The position numbers and the translations under genes are program-made. A stretch of 64,000 nucleotides of DNA from Candidatus Latescibacterota bacterium (GTDB taxonomy: Bacteria; Latescibacterota; UBA2968; UBA8231), in assembly GCA_965261395.1 (NCBI GenBank), contig OZ253462.1:3008001-3072000 (forward strand). Direction: 5' to 3'. The notes below the pieces were generated by a model. It was not told where the DNA came from. It saw only the letters and a program-made list of their open reading frames with translations, and did no database searches. Below are positions 56,917 through 64,000 of this stretch, piece by piece (position 1 is the first letter of the stretch; each line of letters opens with the position of its first letter).

Positions 56917-58236
56917 ATGAGTGAAAACCAGCCTCACAAAGTTCACCTAGTCAGCTTGGGGTGCCCGAAAAATACGGTCGATTCCGAGCGGATGCTGGGG
57001 CTTTTACAAGGCCATGCCTATCAGATGACGGACGTGCCGGAAGAAGCGGACGTGGTGGTGGTCAATACCTGCGGCTTTATCGAGCCGGCCAAAGAGGAAT
57101 CCCTCGCCGCGATTATGGACGCGCATCGGCTCAAACAAGAAGGTCAGTGCGAGGGAGTGATTGTCACGGGGTGTCTATCGACGCGCTACTACGAAGAGCT
57201 CGCGCAGGAGTTGGTGGAGGCCGACAAGCTGTTGACGATTGCCGACGAGGCCGACATCGTCCGCCATGTTGACGACGTGTTGGGCGTCCAGCGGCCCGGG
57301 TACTTGGCCAGCTTGCCGCGGACCTCGCTGACGCCCAAGCACTGGGCGTACCTGCGCATATCGGATGGCTGCGATCATAAATGCGCCTTTTGCGCCATTC
57401 CCGCCATTCGCGGGCGGCACGTGAGCGAGCCGGTCGAACAGCTCGTGGCCGAGGCCGAGCGGCTGGCTACGGCTGGGGTGCGGGAACTGGTCTTGGTCTC
57501 GCAGGACTCGGTGCGCTACGGGGCCGATCTCTACGGCCGGCCGCAGCTCGTGCGCCTCTTACAAGCGCTCGCCGAGGTGGAGGGCATTGAGTGGATGCGC
57601 TTGATGTACACCTATCCGGCGTTCTGGACCGAGGAACTGATCGACTTCTACGCCACGTACGACAAGATGTGTCTGTACATCGACATGCCGCTGCAACACA
57701 TCTCCGACCCAGTGCTCAAGCGCATGAAGCGGGCGACGACGCGCCAAAAGACACTCGATTTGTTGGCGCAACTGCGGGAGCGGCTGCCGGGGGCTGGGCT
57801 GCGCTCGACGTTCATCGTCGGTTTCCCCGGCGAGACCGAAGCCGATTTTGCCGCCTTGCTGGAGTTCGTGGCCGAGACGCGCTTTGACTACGCGACCGGC
57901 TTTCTCTACTCACCGGAAGATGGGACTTCGGCGTATGAGCTTGGCGATCCGGTCGCCGAGGAGGTCAAGCAGGAGCGCTACAGCCGCCTGACGCAACTAC
58001 AGGAGCGCGTGGGCACGGAGAAAAACGACGAGCTCGTCGGCACGCGGCAGCAGGTCTTGGTCGATGCGCGCGAGGGAGAGATGTGCTATGGGCGGATGGA
58101 GCGCGATGCCCCGGAAATCGACGGCCAAGTCGTCATCGCCGAGGGCACGCCTCCGGTGGGTTCTTTCGTCGAAGTGGAGATCACCGCAGCCGCGCCCTAC
58201 GAGCTGAGTGCTAAGGTGGTGGGAGAACCGCGTTGA
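56917..58236 (+). CDS. rimO: Ribosomal protein S12 methylthiotransferase
   Basis: SLGCPKNTVDSE, NTCGFI, CDHKCAFC radical SAM motif, APEIDG TRAM domain. Confidence 0.95.
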   Translation: MSENQPHKVHLVSLGCPKNTVDSERMLGLLQGHAYQMTDVPEEADVVVVNTCGFIEPAKEESLAAIMDAHRLKQEGQCEGVIVTGCLSTRYYEELAQELVEADKLLTIADEADIVRHVDDVLGVQRPGYLASLPRTSLTPKHWAYLRISDGCDHKCAFCAIPAIRGRHVSEPVEQLVAEAERLATAGVRELVLVSQDSVRYGADLYGRPQLVRLLQALAEVEGIEWMRLMYTYPAFWTEELIDFYATYDKMCLYIDMPLQHISDPVLKRMKRATTRQKTLDLLAQLRERLPGAGLRSTFIVGFPGETEADFAALLEFVAETRFDYATGFLYSPEDGTSAYELGDPVAEEVKQERYSRLTQLQERVGTEKNDELVGTRQQVLVDAREGEMCYGRMERDAPEIDGQVVIAEGTPPVGSFVEVEITAAAPYELSAKVVGEPR

Positions 58237-58550
58237 ACAAGGTGAAGCCGCGCGACATCGCCGTGGACGGCCGGGCCGGCGAATTGGTCATCGCGTGGAG
58301 CGATGGCCGCGAGAGCCGCTACGACTTGGAGGGGTTGCGGCGCGAGTGTCCTTGCGCCCACTGCCGGGAATTGCGCGATACGAGCGAGGGCGGGTTGACG
58401 CTCTTGCAGCCCGAGGCGGTGTCGGCCACGGCCGAGGTGCTGGGGGTTAGCTACGTCGGGCGCTACGGCATTCGCATTGAATGGGCCGATGGGCACGATC
58501 ACGGCATTTATACGTTTGAGTTTTTTCGCGCCATAGACGCGGGCGGATGA
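58233..58550 (+). CDS. DUF971 / GBBH-like N-terminal Zn-binding domain protein
   Basis: WSDG, LRRECPCAHC, VGRYGIRIEWADGHDHGIYTF. Confidence 0.88.
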   Translation: MNKVKPRDIAVDGRAGELVIAWSDGRESRYDLEGLRRECPCAHCRELRDTSEGGLTLLQPEAVSATAEVLGVSYVGRYGIRIEWADGHDHGIYTFEFFRAIDAGG

Positions 58551-58577
58551 GGTAAGGCGGGTTTTTGGAAGCGAGCG

Positions 58578-58604
58578 ACCACCCCTAATGGGGTGGTTTT
58601 TTTT
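58578..58604 (+). terminator. Rho-independent terminator ending the supraoperon
   Basis: ACCACCCC-TAAT-GGGGTGGT followed by a T run. Confidence 0.88.
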
Positions 58605-60672
58605 ATGCCGCCTGGCGCGCCGGAACGTCGCGGGGGGCGCGGGCGATCCACTGTTCGGCGAGGAGGAGGGCGAGGGCCAAAATCAGGCATTCGCGCCACA
58701 GCTCGCGGCCGTGGCGGTTGCCCAAGACCGCGAGGCGCAGGTCGTCGCCCGGGTTGAGGAAATGGACTTCTGAGTCCGCGAAAACGCTCCGTACGTACTC
58801 GGGTACTACGGGTGCGAGCGCGGACTCACGGGCGTCGAGGTTGACGGCGAACGCATCGACCTCAGTGCCCGAAACGCGCAGTCGCCAGATGCCCGCCTCG
58901 CCGACTTGGGGAATTTTCCACAAGTATTGGCCACCGACGCGCTCCGGCTCCAAATGCAGTCGCTCGCCCGACGGCGTCTCGGCCTCTACCACAGCTTCCA
59001 TTGGCACATCGGCCAAGCGGCGATAGATCGTTTCCCCAACTAAGTAGGCGGTGTGACGCTCGGGTGGCAGGCTCAGCTCGCGCACCAAGCGGTGCAGGAG
59101 AGGGGCGAACAGCCCGCGTTGGTGCAGGTCGTTCCACTGCGGGTCGATGGGGAAGGCCGCGAGTGCGACGCGCCCCTGCCCCTTCCAAGCTAGCGCCATG
59201 GCGAGTTGTCCGTCGCCGAAGCGAGCCAAGGGCAAGAGGTCGGGTGCGGGGACCATGGCGAAATAGGCGTAGAAACGCGGTTGATCTTCGTCGCTGGCGA
59301 GGAGGTCGTTGAAAAGCCGGTGGTGCGGCTCATCTCCGTCTAGGACTTGATAGTTGGTCGCGTTGTCAGGCGCGCCGATCCGGTCTTTGAAGCGCCCTGG
59401 GGTCAGGCCGGGCAAGAGGTCGCGGTTGTAGTAGCCGAGGTCGCTGTGTGGCGCGGGAAAGAGGACCACGCCCCCGCCGTCGGCGACGAACTCGTCCAAG
59501 GCTGCCTTTTGCACCGTGCTCAGCCGCGCAAGGTTGCAGAGTACGATCACATCTACTCCAGCGAGGGTGCTGGCGTCGAGGTTGGCAAAGAGATCGGTGC
59601 GGATTTTTACGACCGGATCGGAGAGAGCCGCCGCCCCGAGTGCTCGGCGTGCATAGTACGCGTCTTCGGGCTGCTCGCCCAACAGCAGCACAGTGATGGC
59701 GGTGGGCAGGTCGAGGGTGAAGTAGCGGCGGTTGTCGAGTGCGAGGGCGTCGTCGGCGAGCGCGACGTGTCCGCTCAGCCGCCCGGGCCGTCGCGGTGAG
59801 AAGTTGAGTGGTACTTGGGTCGTGCCCGGTGCTCCGGGATCCACGCTCTGGCGGCGCACGCGCTGACCATCGACAAAAAGGTCGAGTGTTGTGCCCTCGC
59901 CGCTGTGCGCGATTTCCGTTTGCAAAGCAACCTTGGCGTCGGCAGCGAGCATCCAACTTGGGGCCGTGACTCGCTTGACGTAGGCATTCGGTCGAGTCTG
60001 GGCGCGAGGGCCAGCGACATAGACGCGCGTGCCGGCAAAGGACGGGACCGAGTCATCGAGTTGATCCCAGCTATATTGGGCTAAATCGGTAAAGATAAAA
60101 AGTTCGTGCGCTAGTGCGGATTCTTGGTCTAAGCGTTGGGCCGCCGCGTGCAAGGCGGCGCGCAGGTCCGTCGCCTCTTGCGTCGGCGCGAGTTCGGCAA
60201 TGCGCTCGGCCAAGTAGGCGCGGTCGCCCGCAAAAGGAGCATAGGGTCGTTGAGCAAAAGGCTGCACTGCCACTTGATCGCGCGAGGGCAAAATGGCCAG
60301 CAGGTCGCCGAGCTGACGCTGGAGCTGGTCGAAGAAGGAGTCGCTGGAAGGCCGCTGGTAGCGGGTGCTGTACGACAGATCCAAAAGCGCGTGAACGGCT
60401 ATTGGGCGATCTCCGCCTCCCCACCCGCCGCCGGCCTGATACGTCGGGCGGGCAAAGGCCGCGACGATGAGCGCGATGATGAGCGTGCGCAGCAAGAGGA
60501 CCAGCCACTGGCGTAGCTGGAGCCGCCGCATGCGGTTTTGCTGTAGTTGGCGCAGAAAGGCGAAATCGCTGAAAGGATGGGGCTGAGCGCGCCCTCGATG
60601 CAGCAGGTGGATGGCTAGAGGTAGGGCGGCCGCGACTAGTCCGAAGAGGATCGCGGGATTGAGAAACTGCAA
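58603..60672 (-). CDS. BatA (N-terminal double-TM) and vWA domain membrane protein
   Basis: FLNP...PLAIHLL, LLRTL..AFARP, LDLSYS, IFTD, DN.RY, C-terminal ELWR..L.LAL.LLLAEQW. Confidence 0.88.
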   Translation of the reverse strand: MQFLNPAILFGLVAAALPLAIHLLHRGRAQPHPFSDFAFLRQLQQNRMRRLQLRQWLVLLLRTLIIALIVAAFARPTYQAGGGWGGGDRPIAVHALLDLSYSTRYQRPSSDSFFDQLQRQLGDLLAILPSRDQVAVQPFAQRPYAPFAGDRAYLAERIAELAPTQEATDLRAALHAAAQRLDQESALAHELFIFTDLAQYSWDQLDDSVPSFAGTRVYVAGPRAQTRPNAYVKRVTAPSWMLAADAKVALQTEIAHSGEGTTLDLFVDGQRVRRQSVDPGAPGTTQVPLNFSPRRPGRLSGHVALADDALALDNRRYFTLDLPTAITVLLLGEQPEDAYYARRALGAAALSDPVVKIRTDLFANLDASTLAGVDVIVLCNLARLSTVQKAALDEFVADGGGVVLFPAPHSDLGYYNRDLLPGLTPGRFKDRIGAPDNATNYQVLDGDEPHHRLFNDLLASDEDQPRFYAYFAMVPAPDLLPLARFGDGQLAMALAWKGQGRVALAAFPIDPQWNDLHQRGLFAPLLHRLVRELSLPPERHTAYLVGETIYRRLADVPMEAVVEAETPSGERLHLEPERVGGQYLWKIPQVGEAGIWRLRVSGTEVDAFAVNLDARESALAPVVPEYVRSVFADSEVHFLNPGDDLRLAVLGNRHGRELWRECLILALALLLAEQWIARAPRDVPARQAA

Positions 60673-60690
60673 GACGGGGAAGGGGCCGCG

Positions 60691-61170
60691 CTAGTTCGCA
60701 GCAGGAATATCGCGCTCTGCAACTTCGATGGTAGCGATGATTTCCTCGGCCGAATTTGCTTCGATGAGCTTCTTTTTGAACGCGTCGTTTTTGAGCAAGC
60801 GCGAAATCCGCGCCAGCGCCTTGATGTGGGGGCCGGAGACATTGGCCGGGGAAACCAGCAGGAAGAACACAAAAGCTGGCTCGCCGTCGAGGGCGTCGAA
60901 ATCAACCCCGCGCCGCTGGGTGCCCATGGCTGCGACCAGCTCGGTCACCGCGGCCGACTTGCCGTGGGGGATGGCGATGCCGTCGCCGATGCCCGTGCTC
61001 ATGATCTTTTCGCGGTCGAGTACGGCTTGCAATACCTGGTCGCGGTCGGTGATGGAGTCGCCGACTACGAGCGAGTTGACCAGCTCGGAGATGATGTCCT
61101 CTTTGGATTCTCCTTTGAGGTCAACTATGGTTGATTCGGGCGACAGTATATCCAACAGGTTCATGCGCAT
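60691..61170 (-). CDS. PTS EIIA component (Fru/Ntr family, PtsN-like), stand-alone
   Basis: REKIMSTGIGDGIAIPH, GVDFDALDG, HIKALARISRLL. Confidence 0.93.
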   Translation of the reverse strand: MRMNLLDILSPESTIVDLKGESKEDIISELVNSLVVGDSITDRDQVLQAVLDREKIMSTGIGDGIAIPHGKSAAVTELVAAMGTQRRGVDFDALDGEPAFVFFLLVSPANVSGPHIKALARISRLLKNDAFKKKLIEANSAEEIIATIEVAERDIPAAN

Positions 61171-61231
61171 TATCTCCGGGTGATTTGTTGAAAAATAAGC
61201 CATCTCCACAACATTCGTCAACTACTCATTA

Positions 61232-61729
61232 TCATTGAGTTATGGCTTTTACGAGTCGCGGCACCACGAAATAGAGCAAGCGCCCGCGACTGATTTCTTG
61301 CCAAGAGTGGATGCCCAATTCGACCGCGGCTAGACCCGCGGTCGGCAGGTGGATGTGTGCGCCGGTTAGCTCGCGGATCCACTCCTCCTGACCTGGGTTG
61401 TGGGCGATGATGAGGCCGATTTGCGCGCTGTCCGGCAAGCCGGCCGCCGCTTGGGTCAAGGTGCTGGGGGACGAGAGGTAAAGCGCGTCGTCCAAGTGCA
61501 AGACACTCGCCGGTAGGCCGAGGGATTCGACCAGGCCGGTGGCTGTCTGGTGCGCCCGGCGCGCGGCCGAGGCCAGCACTACCTCGGGGCGCGGGCCGTA
61601 CGCTGCGAGCAGGCGGGCGATGCGCGGCAAATCCGCGCGACCGCGCTTGTTGAGCGGACGGTCGAAATCGTCGCTTATCCCGGGGGGATAATCCGACTTG
61701 GCGTGGCGCATGATTAGCAAGGTCTTCAT
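61232..61729 (-). CDS. sixA: SixA-family phosphohistidine phosphatase
   Basis: LLIMRHAKS, DFDRPLNKRG, S.A.RA.QT, AHNPG. Confidence 0.85.
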   Translation of the reverse strand: MKTLLIMRHAKSDYPPGISDDFDRPLNKRGRADLPRIARLLAAYGPRPEVVLASAARRAHQTATGLVESLGLPASVLHLDDALYLSSPSTLTQAAAGLPDSAQIGLIIAHNPGQEEWIRELTGAHIHLPTAGLAAVELGIHSWQEISRGRLLYFVVPRLVKAITQ

Positions 61730-61731
61730 GG

Positions 61732-61787
61732 GAATTAGGAATTGAGAATTAGGAATTGAGAATTATTAACTCGTAATTCGCAATTGG
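61732..61787. repeat. Heptamer tandem repeats in two opposed blocks
   Basis: GAATTAG GAATTGA GAATTAG GAATTGA GAATTAT, then TAACTCG TAATTCG CAATTGG. Confidence 0.85.
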
Positions 61788-61889
61788 GAACGTATTGGTT
61801 GCGTGAGCATTTACTAGAGGGTATTTTTGTTAGCAGCAAGATAGTGTGTGCCTGCACTTGATACAAACGCGACTCAGGATTTGTAATCT

Positions 61890-62960
61890 ATGGCTCCGCA
61901 ACCCGTAGAGCTCAATCTAACCATCCGCCCCCAGCGGCGCTTTGCAATCATCGACATCGCCGAGCTGATCCGCGAGCAAGTCGGCGACGAACTGCGCCCC
62001 TTTCGCAAAGCCGCGTACTGTTCGTTGCACACCACGGCTGGCTATATAGAGCAGGGCATGTGTAGGCGTTTGGGCCACAGCCGCAAGCAGATCGACCCAT
62101 TCATCCGCGCCATCAAAAAGATATTTCCCTACAACGCTGGCTATTTCCACGACCGCATGCAGCTACGCGACGAGCTCAGCGAAGGCGAAAAGGAGAAGGA
62201 GCCGGTCAACGCCGACTCGCACCTGACTTTTATCGCCGCGGGTCTCAAAAACTGCGTGACCTATATCCATCGCCCTGAGCAGCCGGTGTACTTCATTGAG
62301 CTAGACGGCATCTACAAGCACTACGTGCGCAGCAGGCACACCGCAGTCATGGCCTACAACCACACCGAAATCGTGCATCGCGGTCGGGTGGAGATTCCGG
62401 TGGGTGGCAGTCATGCGATTGACGCCTTCAACCTCAAGGACCCGCGCTACGGCCTCTTTGCAACGCTCGCCGAGCGGTTGCGGCAATCCGGCATAGACAA
62501 AGGCTGCATCGACATCCGCCTCGCCCCGGAGGAAAAGCACGTCGGCATGACCGTCAACGAGTACGAGACCTTGTTGATGCGCAACGACTTGCCCCAGGCC
62601 CTCAGCGATCCGCTGCGCTACGTGCTCCAGCACGGCAAGCGCCTCCTGCGGCACCCGGCCTCCATCCCCGGCAAAATGCACGCGTACGCGGCCTACGATT
62701 CCCTGCGCTTCTACAACGAATTGCTCGACCAAGTTCCGATGGGGCGGTCGGTCATCGACCGCATCTTTTCGGTGCTATCAACGCCGGCCCAGCGCATCTT
62801 GCGCCTGAAGCGCCACATCCGGCTGCTGATCTCAGACAGCGCGGGAGCCGGGGCAGATCGCATCCTGCAGGGCACCTACCAAAGCCCGATTCTGGTGCAG
62901 CACCAACCGGCGGCGGGCGGCGTGCGCGCGCTCGACATCACCCTGCGTCGCTTCGTCTGA
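61890..62960 (+). CDS. Hypothetical protein with two YjbQ/UPF0047-like halves
   Basis: HTTAG, NADSHL and FIELDG in the N-half; TVNE and GTYQ in the C-half. Confidence 0.6.
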   Translation: MAPQPVELNLTIRPQRRFAIIDIAELIREQVGDELRPFRKAAYCSLHTTAGYIEQGMCRRLGHSRKQIDPFIRAIKKIFPYNAGYFHDRMQLRDELSEGEKEKEPVNADSHLTFIAAGLKNCVTYIHRPEQPVYFIELDGIYKHYVRSRHTAVMAYNHTEIVHRGRVEIPVGGSHAIDAFNLKDPRYGLFATLAERLRQSGIDKGCIDIRLAPEEKHVGMTVNEYETLLMRNDLPQALSDPLRYVLQHGKRLLRHPASIPGKMHAYAAYDSLRFYNELLDQVPMGRSVIDRIFSVLSTPAQRILRLKRHIRLLISDSAGAGADRILQGTYQSPILVQHQPAAGGVRALDITLRRFV

Positions 62961-62962
62961 GC

Positions 62963-64000
62963 ATGCAGGTCGATCCTTCCATCTTCAAAGCGTACGACAT
63001 CCGCGGCATCTATCCCGACCCCCTGAGCGAAGAAGTGGCCTACGCCATAGGCCGCGCCTTTGTGGCACTGCTGAAGTGCGAGGAGGTCGTCGTGGGGCGC
63101 GACATGCGCCTTTCGAGTCCGGCGATAAAAGAGCACCTCTTGCGCGGCCTCATCGATCAAGGCGCGGACGTCATCGACATCGGCATGGTCGGCACCGATC
63201 AATACTACTATGCTTGCGCCACCTTGGACCGTCCGGGAGCAATGGTGACGGCTTCGCACAACCCGCCCGAATACTGCGGCTTCAAGATGGTGCGCCAAAT
63301 GCCCTATTTGCTCAGCGGTGAATCCGGGATCCAAGACCTGCGCCGCCTCGTGGAGGAGGAAAGCTGGGGCGTGAGTCAGAGGCAGGGCGCGGTTCGGGCC
63401 GAGGACGTGGAACAGGGTTTTACCGACAAGGTGTTGAGCCTCGTAGATCTGGCCCGCATCAAGCCGCTCAAGGTGGTGGCCGACACGGGCAACGGCATGG
63501 TCGGGCCGATCCTGCAAGACGTGTATGAGCGGTTGCCCATCGAATTTATCGGCATGTATCTAGAGCCGGATGGCCGGCTGCCCAACCACGGCCTCGACCC
63601 CATGCAGCCGGAAAACCGCGCCGACTTGGAGCGCCGCGTCCTAGCCGAAGGCGCAGACGTTGGCTTTGCCTTTGACGGCGACGGCGACCGCTTTTTCATC
63701 ATTGATGACCGGGGCCGCTTCGTGCCCGGCGACTTTGTGACCGCGCTGATGGCCTGCTACATGCTAGAGCGCCATCCCAGCACCAAGATAGTGTACGATG
63801 TGCGCTGCTCGTGGGCCGTGCCCGACCTCGTAAAAGCAGCCGGTGGCACCCCACTGATCGAGCGCGTAGGGCATTCGTTCCTCAAGCCGCGGATGTTTGA
63901 GGAAGGAGCCGTTTTCGCGGGCGAGCTGAGCGGTCATTACTACTTCCGCGAGTTCTTTGGCGCGGATTCTGGCATCGTGCCCTCGCTGGTGATGCTGGAG
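62963..64000 (+). CDS. Phosphomannomutase/phosphoglucomutase, 3' truncated by the window edge
   Basis: IFKAYDIRG, TASHNP, FDGDGDR, GELSGH; not in the ORF track because it has no stop inside the window. Confidence 0.95.
   Translation, partial: MQVDPSIFKAYDIRGIYPDPLSEEVAYAIGRAFVALLKCEEVVVGRDMRLSSPAIKEHLLRGLIDQGADVIDIGMVGTDQYYYACATLDRPGAMVTASHNPPEYCGFKMVRQMPYLLSGESGIQDLRRLVEEESWGVSQRQGAVRAEDVEQGFTDKVLSLVDLARIKPLKVVADTGNGMVGPILQDVYERLPIEFIGMYLEPDGRLPNHGLDPMQPENRADLERRVLAEGADVGFAFDGDGDRFFIIDDRGRFVPGDFVTALMACYMLERHPSTKIVYDVRCSWAVPDLVKAAGGTPLIERVGHSFLKPRMFEEGAVFAGELSGHYYFREFFGADSGIVPSLVMLE

Overview
GC-rich bacterial chromosomal window, densely coding, with no rRNA, tRNA, CRISPR array, transposase or integrase recognised. 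Three secreted proteins end in an FlgD-Ig/T9SS-type C-terminal domain, and one carries plant-like LRRs. This suggests an FCB-group candidate lineage (Latescibacterota/Gemmatimonadota-like), possibly host-associated; the taxonomy is inference only. Main blocks: (1) aminotransferase and a large multi-Ig surface protein; (2) cell-wall operon LytR_C-rsfS-mtnA-SPOR-MltD-mreD-mrdA-rodA-TPR; (3) an orphan ParA upstream of a sigma54 activator that has no regulatory domain; (4) mazG, sulfatase, ppk2, a GT-C glycosyltransferase and an LRR/pentraxin-like secreted protein; (5) sugar-nucleotide and glycosyltransferase genes, an ABC exporter, TauE and a Tat-exported aldo/keto reductase; (6) two tandem S8 protease paralogs with expanding IPT/TIG arrays, the second preceded by a sigma54 -24/-12 motif and a REP-like doublet; (7) an orphan Panacea antitoxin; (8) a roughly 14 kb aromatic amino acid supraoperon headed by an unannotated, apparently leaderless Trp attenuator, containing a catalytically degenerate AroA, an unannotated 50-aa membrane protein and a prephenate dehydrogenase without a canonical start codon; (9) BatA-like protein, PTS EIIA, SixA, heptamer repeats, a tandem-YjbQ-like protein and a partial phosphomannomutase. 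All calls come from motif recognition by eye; no searches were run.
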